Assembly (NCBI GenBank): GCA_049967855.1
Contig: JBMFRX010000002.1
Span: forward strand, 32,001 to 96,000
Reading direction: 5' to 3'
Source of the DNA: Caldisericaceae bacterium
Lineage (GTDB): Bacteria; Caldisericota; Caldisericia; Caldisericales; Caldisericaceae
DNA length: 64,000 nucleotides
Shown: positions 50,426 to 59,558 of the stretch, in pieces
Layout: each line of letters opens with the position of its first letter
How positions within the stretch are numbered: position 1 is the first letter of the stretch
Program-made: the position numbers and the translations under genes
The notes under the pieces: generated by a model
Seen by the model: only the letters and a program-made list of their open reading frames with translations
The model's database searches: none
What the model was told of the DNA's origin: nothing

Positions 50426-52806
50426 GATTTATGATCGTGCTAAAATTTGGTGGCACATCTGTAGGAAGTGCAAAGGCAATAAAACAGGTATATGAAATTG
50501 TTTCAGGTATCACTGAGTCAAGAGTTGTTGTTGTGTCAGCGATGAGCGGTGTTACAGACAGCCTTATTAAAGCATTGACTCTTGCTGCGTCTAATGACAA
50601 ATCTTATGAAGAAGTATTCAACACTATTAAGGATAAACACAACGATGTTTCTCTTGAACTTTTTGGGGAAGAGATCGATTCAATTAAAGAACTTCTTTCA
50701 GAGCTTGAGCAAATTTTGTTCTCTATATACAAATTAGGCGAAGTTTCAGATAAAGCAAATGCACTTGTGCAGTCTTTTGGCGAAAGACTTAATGCAAGAA
50801 TTGTGTCGAGATATTTTCAGGCGAAGGGTTTGAAATCGTCTCCAGTTGATGCAACAACTTTTTTGATAACAACTACTGACTATCTTGACGCAAATCCACT
50901 ATACGATGAAAGCAAAAGAAGAGCCTCGAAGGTTTTAGGCAGATACATAAAAGAGAATTCTGTTCCTGTAGTAACAGGATACGTGTGTAATGATAAATCT
51001 GGCTCAATCACGACGCTTGGAAGGGGCGGTTCCGATTTTACCGCAACAATTTTGGGCAGACTCCTTGATGCAAGAGAAATCTGGATTTATACGGATGTTA
51101 ATGGAATACTTACCGCAGATCCAAAGATTGTAAGAGAAGCAAAGACTATCGAGAAGTTAAGTTTCAGAGAGGTTAGAGAACTCTCTTATTTCGGAGCAAA
51201 GGTAATGCACTCAAAATCACTTATCCCTGCAATGGAGGGAAATATTCCGATTCGGGTAAAGAATACATTTAATCCCGAAGGACCACATACTCTTATCTCA
51301 GCTGAATCAGCAAGTTTTAATGCAAAAGCAATAACCTCAATCAAGGATGTCGCTCTTGTTTCTATTCTTGGTTTGGGGATGCAGGGACTTAAAGGTATTT
51401 CTAAAAGAGTCTTTGAAACTGCTTCAAAGAGTAATTTTAATGTTGTTATGATCGCACAGTCTTCGTCAGAGCAAAACATAGATATCTTTGTCAGAGAAAG
51501 CGATAGCGAGAAATTTGTTACTGCGTTAAAATATGAATTTGAAAACGAGATGAAACTTAAACTAATTGATATGGTCAGTGTCAGAAAAAATCTTTCCGTC
51601 ATTTCCATTGTTGGCGAAAACCTCAATAATATACAAAACGTAAAGAAGGAAATATTTAGAATCACTTATTCTTACAATATAAATGTAATTTCTGTTGTGC
51701 AGGGTTCATCTCTAGATAGCATATCCTTTGCAGTAAAAAGAAGCGATTTGCAAAAGACAATCAGAGCACTGCATACAGAGTTAGGGCTCATTGGGCATAA
51801 GCTTAAAACAATTAACATCTTCCAATTCGGAGTAGGTGGCGTAGGAAAGGCACTAATAGAACTTACATCAGAGAATAGTAAAATAACTGAAGAACTCGGA
51901 ATCAAAATAGACTACCTAGGACTTGCAAGGTCTAGTTCATTTGCAACTAGTGAAGAGGTAAAGGAGCATATAGATAAGATGGATTTTGGCTTTAAACACT
52001 CAGGCAGTCCTTTGAACTACATAAAAACACTACCAAGAAATACTGTGATTTTGGATTTAACAAACTCCACTGAAATTGCAAATGATTTACTTGAACTTCT
52101 TTCTTTAGGATACTATGTGGTTACCTCAAATAAAAAGAACCTTGCAGCTGACTTTGACGCATTCCAAAAGTTCACGAAGAATAACAGGCAATTCCTATTT
52201 GAAGCGACAGTCGGAGCATCTCTTCCTATAATAAAGACGATTAAGGATTACTTAAGAACGGGAGATGTTGTTGAAAAGATTATTATGCTTCCATCAGGAA
52301 CGCTTTCATTTATATTTACACTTTTCAATACGGGCGTAGACTTGAAGACAGCAATTAATAAAGCGATTGAATTTGGATATACTGAGCCGAATCCAATTGA
52401 AGATCTTGTGGGCATGGATCTACTGAGAAAAGGAAAAATTATTGCATATCTCATTGGAAAGAACTTTGATTCTTCTCAAATCGAGTTTGAATGTTTCACA
52501 AAGGCAAAGAATATAGAAGAATTTTTTGAAAACGATTTTGAACGGTTTCTTAAAAAAGTAGAAAAGCTTTCACGAATTGGTCTGGTCTATCCTGTTGTTG
52601 AAATAAGCGATAAATTGAAAATTCATTTGACTGCCTTTGGAAAAGATTCCTCTTTTGGAAGCTTGAGGGAAGGAGAAAATGTTTTCGAGATTTATTTGAG
52701 GAACTTCTCTGGGATGCCTGTAACCATAAAAGGTTTGGGTGCAGGATACAGAGTAACCGCCGAGGCTGTCCTTCAGGATATTTTGAGTTTGGAGGCTTAT
52801 ATATGA
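50422..52806 (+). CDS. thrA: Bifunctional aspartokinase / homoserine dehydrogenase
   Basis: LKFGGTSVG, LGRGGSD, TDVNG, two ACT domains, GVGGVG, VTSNKK, EATVGA, GYTEP. Confidence 0.92.
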   Translation: MRFMIVLKFGGTSVGSAKAIKQVYEIVSGITESRVVVVSAMSGVTDSLIKALTLAASNDKSYEEVFNTIKDKHNDVSLELFGEEIDSIKELLSELEQILFSIYKLGEVSDKANALVQSFGERLNARIVSRYFQAKGLKSSPVDATTFLITTTDYLDANPLYDESKRRASKVLGRYIKENSVPVVTGYVCNDKSGSITTLGRGGSDFTATILGRLLDAREIWIYTDVNGILTADPKIVREAKTIEKLSFREVRELSYFGAKVMHSKSLIPAMEGNIPIRVKNTFNPEGPHTLISAESASFNAKAITSIKDVALVSILGLGMQGLKGISKRVFETASKSNFNVVMIAQSSSEQNIDIFVRESDSEKFVTALKYEFENEMKLKLIDMVSVRKNLSVISIVGENLNNIQNVKKEIFRITYSYNINVISVVQGSSLDSISFAVKRSDLQKTIRALHTELGLIGHKLKTINIFQFGVGGVGKALIELTSENSKITEELGIKIDYLGLARSSSFATSEEVKEHIDKMDFGFKHSGSPLNYIKTLPRNTVILDLTNSTEIANDLLELLSLGYYVVTSNKKNLAADFDAFQKFTKNNRQFLFEATVGASLPIIKTIKDYLRTGDVVEKIIMLPSGTLSFIFTLFNTGVDLKTAINKAIEFGYTEPNPIEDLVGMDLLRKGKIIAYLIGKNFDSSQIEFECFTKAKNIEEFFENDFERFLKKVEKLSRIGLVYPVVEISDKLKIHLTAFGKDSSFGSLREGENVFEIYLRNFSGMPVTIKGLGAGYRVTAEAVLQDILSLEAYI

Positions 52807-53828
52807 AAAAGAAAGTTGCAATTATGGGAGCGACGGGGATGGTGGGGCAGAGATTTGTGAGTTTGCTTGACGAACACCCATATTTTGAGGTGACAAGTCT
52901 ATATGCAAGTAAACATAGCGAAAATAAGAAATACGGGGATACTGTAAATTGGATGCTTGAGAAGCCAATTCCGCAATATGCGCAATCGATGACCGTGAAA
53001 TCATTTGAAGGAAATGAAGGGGTTGAAGAAAGTATCTTGTTCTCAGCACTTCCTGCTGACGTTGCAAACATCTTAGAAGTGGAGCTTGCAAAGGCTGGAA
53101 AATTCGTTTTCTCTAATACATCTTCCCATAGATATGACCGTTATGTCCCAATCCTGATACCAGAGGTAAACCCTGATCACTTTGAAGCAGTGAGATTTCA
53201 AGAAACAAGAGGATTTATTGTAACTAATGCGAACTGTTCTACAACTGGACTCGTAATACCTTTAAAAGCACTTTTAGAAAGATTTGCCATTCGTTCTGTT
53301 TTTGTCGTGACTATGCAAGCAATCTCTGGAGGAGGATTAAATGGTGTTTCTGCTCTTCAGATTACTGGGAATATAATTCCTTTTATTGAAAAAGAGGAAG
53401 AGAAAATTGAGCTTGAAACTCGTAAAATTCTTGGTAGCTTCAATGGAGACTTCATCTTGAATGACATTTTTATCTTTGCAAGAGCAAATAGAGTACCTGT
53501 TCGTGAAGGTCATACAGAAGTGGCATTTGTTGACTTAGATGCAAGTGTTGAAGAGGTGAAAGAGGCGTTTTCGGACTTTAGAGGGATTCCTCAGGAGCTA
53601 TTATTGCCAACTGCACCAAAAGAAGTAATCAGAGTATTTGATAATGTTAATCATCCTCAGCCGATACTTGATGTAAATGCAAATTCTGGTATGAGCGTGA
53701 GTGTTGGACGAATAAGAAAAAGTGGAAACTTCATAACCTTTACTCTTCTCTCTCACAATACAGTGAGAGGAGCTGCAGGCGGTAGTGTTCTCAATGCAGA
53801 ATTTGCCTACAGGAGAGGCTGGATATGA
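52803..53828 (+). CDS. asd: Aspartate-semialdehyde dehydrogenase (archaeal/fungal type)
   Basis: GATGMVGQRF, IPEVNPDH, TNANCST, QAISGGG, HNTVRGAAGG. Confidence 0.95.
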   Translation: MKKKVAIMGATGMVGQRFVSLLDEHPYFEVTSLYASKHSENKKYGDTVNWMLEKPIPQYAQSMTVKSFEGNEGVEESILFSALPADVANILEVELAKAGKFVFSNTSSHRYDRYVPILIPEVNPDHFEAVRFQETRGFIVTNANCSTTGLVIPLKALLERFAIRSVFVVTMQAISGGGLNGVSALQITGNIIPFIEKEEEKIELETRKILGSFNGDFILNDIFIFARANRVPVREGHTEVAFVDLDASVEEVKEAFSDFRGIPQELLLPTAPKEVIRVFDNVNHPQPILDVNANSGMSVSVGRIRKSGNFITFTLLSHNTVRGAAGGSVLNAEFAYRRGWI

Positions 53829-54835
53829 GTTTTAGAAGAGGCACCTTAAACGACATCTTTAAAGATTACATTGTGTTTCGGGAGCTTAGACCGATAAAAG
53901 AAGGGTTATCTAGTTTTGAAGAGTTAGGTAATAAATCCCATAAGGGATTCCCAAGGAAAAAGGATAAGGAATATGCTGCCATTCTTTGCCAGATTTTCAG
54001 AAGTGCAATGAGTTTTTCCAAAATTGTTTACATTGGGGACACGTTTTTGTCTGATCTTGCTGTGATTGAAAATATCAAAGAACTCGGATACGATGTTTTT
54101 GGTGTTATTACTGATGAAACTGGCAAAAACTCCGAAAGCAAATATCCTTACATAGTGTTTAATAACTCCTGGGATCAATTGAGTAATTATGTTGTCGACA
54201 AGATAAACAATGAGACAGTGCTTGTTGTTGATATTGATAAAACTGCAATTGGAGCTCGTGGGAGAAATGACTCGTCAGTTGACAAAGCAAGGACCGATGC
54301 GATTTTAGATTTAGCAAAAAGAGTATTCAAAAACCCAGAAAAGGACGAGTTTATGAGGCTTTACCATTATATACATGCAAAGGACTTCTTAAATTTCACA
54401 CAGGATAATCAGGATATTGTTTCGATACTCTCCCTTATTATATATTCTAACGCAATTTCTTTTGATGATTTTTCAAGTTTTGCGAAGACACGAAAGTTTG
54501 AAGAATTCATTCAAGATGTTAAAGTACAAGGCGAGCTCGTGCCTCTGGTAGACGAGGTGAGGACAAATATTAGGGAAGACAATGCAACACTTTTCCCTAC
54601 CTTTAGAAGAATTGAGCTTGAAAAGACTTTAAATAGAATGGATTTTTTGCCAGATGATACGCCAATTGAAAAACTTCTTGAAGAAGAAATATTAATCACG
54701 GGAGAAGTTTATAGAATTGGGATACGTGCAAACGAGAAAGGTGCACTTGTTTTTGGCGTTTCAGACAAACCAGAGAAAGCCTCATTTAATGATAGCAAAG
54801 CACTATTCAGAAAGACAGCCAAAATATATCCATAG
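53825..54835 (+). CDS. Hypothetical protein with circularly permuted HAD-superfamily motifs
   Basis: PRKK (motif III), YIGDTFLSD (IV), LVVDIDKT (I), FGVSDKP (II); ATGA overlap with asd. Confidence 0.6.
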   Translation: MSFRRGTLNDIFKDYIVFRELRPIKEGLSSFEELGNKSHKGFPRKKDKEYAAILCQIFRSAMSFSKIVYIGDTFLSDLAVIENIKELGYDVFGVITDETGKNSESKYPYIVFNNSWDQLSNYVVDKINNETVLVVDIDKTAIGARGRNDSSVDKARTDAILDLAKRVFKNPEKDEFMRLYHYIHAKDFLNFTQDNQDIVSILSLIIYSNAISFDDFSSFAKTRKFEEFIQDVKVQGELVPLVDEVRTNIREDNATLFPTFRRIELEKTLNRMDFLPDDTPIEKLLEEEILITGEVYRIGIRANEKGALVFGVSDKPEKASFNDSKALFRKTAKIYP

Positions 54836-54908
54836 TACCGATGCGCTTAATTTGTTTTTGCTTGTTCAAGGCAAATTTGCATAGATGAATGCTACCTCAT
54901 CATAAATT

Positions 54909-54932
54909 AAAGGGCGCTTTCTAGCGCCCTTT
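54909..54932. terminator. Bidirectional terminator / repeated hairpin, copy 2 (reverse complement of copy 1)
   Basis: AAAGGGCGCT-TTCT-AGCGCCCTTT between the convergent HAD-like gene and pckG. Confidence 0.8.
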
Positions 54933-54989
54933 TCTGTATGGCTTTTAATCATCAACTGCAAGGCTAGACTTGCAGATTTCTTAATCGTT

Positions 54990-56864
54990 TTATGCAAATC
55001 TGTCGGGAGGAATGTAGTCACCAAAATCTTTTTGTGCCTTTAGTAGGCGCTTTTCTTCTTCATCGTAGAGTTCAAAAACTCTCTCTGGGGTGTTCTTTAT
55101 CTCTTTGTAAATCTTTCTGAGTCTAGCAATTTTGGAGATATTTTCAGGGACTCTGATAGTAAATTGTTCAACGTACTCTTCATATGTGTATTCTTTGTCT
55201 AATACCCTTTGGAACAATTCACGCAGGTCGTCATATTTGGGTAAAAAACCTACAGGTGTCTCAATTGCGCCTACATCATTGTGTACCCTCATTTCCATCC
55301 ACTTTATCCAAACTTTCTTGTCATTCTTTTCATTCAAGAATTTGCCATCATTCCCTTTAAGGAAGTAGTTTACACCGAAAATTGCTGGTGGGTTAGTGAG
55401 TTTGCTCCCAAAATCGAGGTTGATTTTAACATATTTGCCAATCGGTATGGAAAGGAAGTCTAGATTAGACATCGGATTGAAAGCCCTTACTCCAACACTT
55501 CCAAGTGTAGCTGCGGTAGTCTCTGACTCAATTGAAGCCCCTTTCAAGACAATGCCATGCTCCCAATTAAAAGACTGACACACAGGAACCCAAGTGTCAG
55601 AATCCCTTCCTCCGTAGATTATTCCACCGACAAGAGCTCCATCTGGGTCATGCAGTTTTGGGTCTATATTATCGAGTGTTTCAAGATGAAGCGTAAATCT
55701 TGCATTTGGGTGCGAAGGTGGAATTTCTTTACCTTTTGCATCAACCTTACCCTTAAACCAGTCCCCTGAATGGTTAATCCCTTTTTCCGGAACAGGCCCA
55801 TCATGTCCTGTCCAATAGACAGAACCATCTTCAAGCATTAGTACATTTGAAAAAATAATTTCTCCTTCGTTATGAAGTGCTTTCCATTGTATAGGGTCGT
55901 CTTTGGAGTTTACCCCTTCAATAATGCCAAACATACCTTTTTCTACATTCACGGCAAATGCCTTACCTTGTTTTTCTCTTATGTAGGCTATGTCATCTCC
56001 AACGATTGATTCTCCTTCGAGCATTGAAGTTGATGTCTTTCCACACATAGATGGGAAAGCGCCTGTAAAATATGTGACCCTTCCATTTGGCCCGTGTACC
56101 CCCATAAGAAGCATATGCTCGTTAAGCCACCCTTCATTTGATGCTCTGTTGATTGCAAGTCGCATTGCAAGTTTCTTAAGACCGATAGTATTGCCACCAT
56201 ATTGTGTATTGACTGAATATGTTGTTTCTCCTTTGAGGTCTATATAGATTCGCCGATTCTGGAGATTTTTGCAAACGTGTCTTTCGTCAAGTTCACCCTG
56301 TGAATGTATAAATCTAAAGAATCTTCCATTGTCCCCAAGTCTTTTGAATTCATTATAGCCCTGTCGGTAAAGGATGTTATCGGAGTGAGCTACGTATGCA
56401 GAGTCAGTAATCTGAACAGAGGGTATAGAGAATATTGAGTTTTCAGGGCCAAGCGAAAAGAAACATACAAACATCTCTCGTCCAAGCATTATATTCCTCA
56501 TAATTTCATGAACTTCTCGAAGATTCTCTTCTTTTTCTCCTGTAACAATTTGGCTGCCAAGGTCAACTCCACTCTCAACTAAGATTTTAGTGTGTTCTTT
56601 GTCCCTGCCCTGGTCACCGTAGGCATCGAAGTGTAGAGTATGGCCTTTAATCTTAAGATTAACCTCTTCCTCATTCCTTAGAGCCTTGTCTTTAATGTAT
56701 TTAAGGTCTTTTTCAGAACCATCAGAAATAAAGATATTCTGAGGATTGCAAAGCTCAATATACTTTGCAATGAATTCTTCAAGTTGGTGGTTTCCCAGAG
56801 CAACAAGCTTGCGATAATTCTCCCCATCAAGCTTTTCTCTTAGAGTTTCATTTGCAGTTTTCAT
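54990..56864 (-). CDS. pckG: GTP-dependent phosphoenolpyruvate carboxykinase
   Basis: QITDSAYV, YGGNTIGLKK, WLNEHM, AFPSMCGKTS, VGDDIA, HPNARF, IIYGGRD. Confidence 0.95.
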   Translation of the reverse strand: MKTANETLREKLDGENYRKLVALGNHQLEEFIAKYIELCNPQNIFISDGSEKDLKYIKDKALRNEEEVNLKIKGHTLHFDAYGDQGRDKEHTKILVESGVDLGSQIVTGEKEENLREVHEIMRNIMLGREMFVCFFSLGPENSIFSIPSVQITDSAYVAHSDNILYRQGYNEFKRLGDNGRFFRFIHSQGELDERHVCKNLQNRRIYIDLKGETTYSVNTQYGGNTIGLKKLAMRLAINRASNEGWLNEHMLLMGVHGPNGRVTYFTGAFPSMCGKTSTSMLEGESIVGDDIAYIREKQGKAFAVNVEKGMFGIIEGVNSKDDPIQWKALHNEGEIIFSNVLMLEDGSVYWTGHDGPVPEKGINHSGDWFKGKVDAKGKEIPPSHPNARFTLHLETLDNIDPKLHDPDGALVGGIIYGGRDSDTWVPVCQSFNWEHGIVLKGASIESETTAATLGSVGVRAFNPMSNLDFLSIPIGKYVKINLDFGSKLTNPPAIFGVNYFLKGNDGKFLNEKNDKKVWIKWMEMRVHNDVGAIETPVGFLPKYDDLRELFQRVLDKEYTYEEYVEQFTIRVPENISKIARLRKIYKEIKNTPERVFELYDEEEKRLLKAQKDFGDYIPPDRFA

Positions 56865-56888
56865 TTTCTATCTCCTTTCTTGTTATAT

Positions 56889-58043
56889 TTAAATGTTGAA
56901 ATTGCTCCTAATTTGTAAGAATTTACTAACACTTTTGCCTGGCGCGATCGGTATTCCAAGATTTAAAAGAGTAGATTCAAGAGCGGCTAACGTAACAAGT
57001 ATATCATTTGAATTTATGAACCCCATATGTCCAACTCTGAAGGCTTTGCTTTTCAGTTCTCCCTGGGTTGTTGCTATTTCTACGTTGTAATTTTCTCTCA
57101 TTTTCTTTACAATTTCATCGGCATTTACTCCTTCTGGTGAATAAACTCCAGTTACGCAGGGCGATGCGTCAGCATCATTTGCAACAAACTTAAGCTGCAA
57201 TTCGGCAATAGACTTTCTTGTGAGCTCCTTGCAGAGCTCGTGTCTTTTGTATGCATTTTGCAGCCCCTCTTCGTAAAGCATTTTTAATCCCTCATTAAGA
57301 CCAAAACAGTCTGATACAGGGAAAGTGGTGAATGGCTGTCCTAGGTCTCCATTCTTTTTCAGTTCCTTTATGCTAAAATAAAAAGCGTCAGTTTCGTTTG
57401 AAAGAGCATATTCAAGTGCACGTTTGCTAACTCCTACTATCCCAATTCCTGGAGGACTCATAAGGCCCTTCTGCGACGCTGCCACAACAACATCAAGATT
57501 CCATTCTTCCATGTTTATTTCTGCAATCCCTATTGAGCTCACTCCATCAACTATTATAAGGGCATCTGTAATTTGCTTTATTTGATTCGAAATTTCCTTA
57601 ATATTGTTTATGACCGTGGACGATGTTTCGTTATGCGTTAGGAACACCGCTTTGATGTCTGTATTTGCCTTGAGTACTTCTAATATTTCTTGAGGTTCTA
57701 CAGCTCTTCCCCACGGTATCGCAAGTCTAATTGCATTTCTTCCATGAGCTATGTTAATTTTGTAGAAACGCTCTCCGAAGAATCCAGTATCGGCGATAAG
57801 TACTTTATCTCCCCTGTGAGTGAAATTTTCCACGGCAAGCTCCATTGCTCCTGTGCCTGATGATGGAATGAGAAAGACATCCTGTTTGCATTTAATCATT
57901 TCTTTAAGCATTGACACTGAATCTAAAAATATTGCTTTGAACTTAGGACCTCTATGGTTGGTCATCGGCTTCTGCATTGCTGCAAGAACGCGCGGTGGAA
58001 GAGGTGTTGGGCCTGGGATCATTAAATATTCTTTATCAAGCAT
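56889..58043 (-). CDS. Class V PLP aminotransferase (serine-pyruvate / SerC-like)
   Basis: LMIPGPT, SSGTGAME, HNETSS, ASQKGLMSPPG, FRVGHMG. Confidence 0.9.
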   Translation of the reverse strand: MLDKEYLMIPGPTPLPPRVLAAMQKPMTNHRGPKFKAIFLDSVSMLKEMIKCKQDVFLIPSSGTGAMELAVENFTHRGDKVLIADTGFFGERFYKINIAHGRNAIRLAIPWGRAVEPQEILEVLKANTDIKAVFLTHNETSSTVINNIKEISNQIKQITDALIIVDGVSSIGIAEINMEEWNLDVVVAASQKGLMSPPGIGIVGVSKRALEYALSNETDAFYFSIKELKKNGDLGQPFTTFPVSDCFGLNEGLKMLYEEGLQNAYKRHELCKELTRKSIAELQLKFVANDADASPCVTGVYSPEGVNADEIVKKMRENYNVEIATTQGELKSKAFRVGHMGFINSNDILVTLAALESTLLNLGIPIAPGKSVSKFLQIRSNFNI

Positions 58044-58118
58044 TTGTGCCTCCTAACGTTTTCTTTAGTATATTTTATCACAGAAAAGGATTAAATTAAA
58101 TTTGCTTGAATTCAGGTA

Positions 58119-59420
58119 CTATTTTTTTAGCTGAGGGACATTTTCAGCACCAATTATTCTTGTTACATTAAGCTCTTTATGGCCAAAAGCTTTCCTGTAT
58201 GTTGAGAAATAGATTAATATCGTAAGGGTGAAGACAATTATACCCACGGTTATGTGTGTAATATTTACTCCAAATCTCTCACTCATAGCACCAGTAAATA
58301 ATGAACCAAAAGGCGTAAAGCCGAGCAAGACTAAAGAATAAAAGCTCATTACTCTGCCTCTAAATTCTATTGATGATTCCATTTGTAGTAATGTGTTTAC
58401 CACATTCAAGAAGGTAACCATAAAGAACCCTGAAAAAGCTACTAAAACAAGTGTGAGCGTATAACTTCTCTGCAGGCCAAGCAAAATGAGTGTCACTCCA
58501 AGGAGAACTGAGCTTCCAAAGAAATACAGGTGTTTTAGACCTTTGTAACTTGCAATTGCAAGCAAAAGAGACGCAGTTAGAGCGCCTACGCCCATCATTG
58601 ACATCACAAATCCGTACTGTTGTGAGCTTAGCTTAAGGACATTCTGTACCAAAACCGGTATTAGAACGTTGAAATTCAGGCCAAACACATTTACTACAGC
58701 AAATACTGCAAAAGTAATTAGTATTATCGGGATGCCCTTCACATAATCTATTCCAGAAATCACACTCTTGTTTACTCCTCTAATGTCTCTAAAGTTAAAG
58801 CTGCCTTTTCTGATAGTTCTTTCACGTATTAGAAATAGTGCAACAATGACTGGTATGAAACTGATAGCATTTATGAAAAAGCACCATGCATACCCAATGA
58901 CAGATATTAGTATTCCAGATATTGCTGGGCCAAGTATTCGTGCAAGGTTGAATGTAGAAGAATTAAGTGAAATCGAGTTCATCAGATATTCTTTGTCAAC
59001 AAGGTCTGTGTAGAAAGCCTGTCTTGCGGGCATATCAATAGTGTTGATAAGTCCTGTGAAGAATGCTATTATTAGCACTTGCCAGTATTGAACAACTCTG
59101 AGTGCTACAAGCAGTCCAAGTATAAAAGCAAGCACCGTAAATGATACTTGAGTAAAAATGATAATCTTTCTTTTTGACATCTTATCAATAATAGCGCCAG
59201 CGTATAATGAAAGGAACAACGCAGGCAAGAACTGAACCGCCGTAAGCAGACCGAGTTTAAATGGAGAATTAGTTATTTGAAGCACAAGCCATCCTTGACC
59301 AATATTTTGCATCCATGTTCCGATTACCGAGACAAGCTGCCCAAAGAAAAAAAGCTTAAAATTTCTGTATCTGAACGAAGGGAAGTACAAGTCGAATTTT
59401 CTTTTTATATTCTCAATCAT
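58119..59420 (-). CDS. MFS transporter (DUF894/MFS_3 type)
   Basis: YRNFKLFFFGQLVSVIGTWMQ, DMPARQAF, NLARILGPAISG, RGRVMS. ATG 59420 preferred to ORF-track 59510. Confidence 0.92.
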   Translation of the reverse strand: MIENIKRKFDLYFPSFRYRNFKLFFFGQLVSVIGTWMQNIGQGWLVLQITNSPFKLGLLTAVQFLPALFLSLYAGAIIDKMSKRKIIIFTQVSFTVLAFILGLLVALRVVQYWQVLIIAFFTGLINTIDMPARQAFYTDLVDKEYLMNSISLNSSTFNLARILGPAISGILISVIGYAWCFFINAISFIPVIVALFLIRERTIRKGSFNFRDIRGVNKSVISGIDYVKGIPIILITFAVFAVVNVFGLNFNVLIPVLVQNVLKLSSQQYGFVMSMMGVGALTASLLLAIASYKGLKHLYFFGSSVLLGVTLILLGLQRSYTLTLVLVAFSGFFMVTFLNVVNTLLQMESSIEFRGRVMSFYSLVLLGFTPFGSLFTGAMSERFGVNITHITVGIIVFTLTILIYFSTYRKAFGHKELNVTRIIGAENVPQLKK

Positions 59421-59558
59421 TGCAGTCTTTTCCACACAAACAATTTTATCACTAAATCCTGTAAATTCAAACAGTTTTCTCTTGCCAACTTTTATAGTTG
59501 CAAAAAACATCTTTATGCGTAAAATATTTACTAAAGTGCAGAAAGGGTAGGTGAAATA

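Noticed and set aside
49075..54932. Inverted hairpins as transposon terminal inverted repeats
   Set aside because: No transposase lies between them and no target-site duplication is visible; kept only as a repeated terminator-like element.
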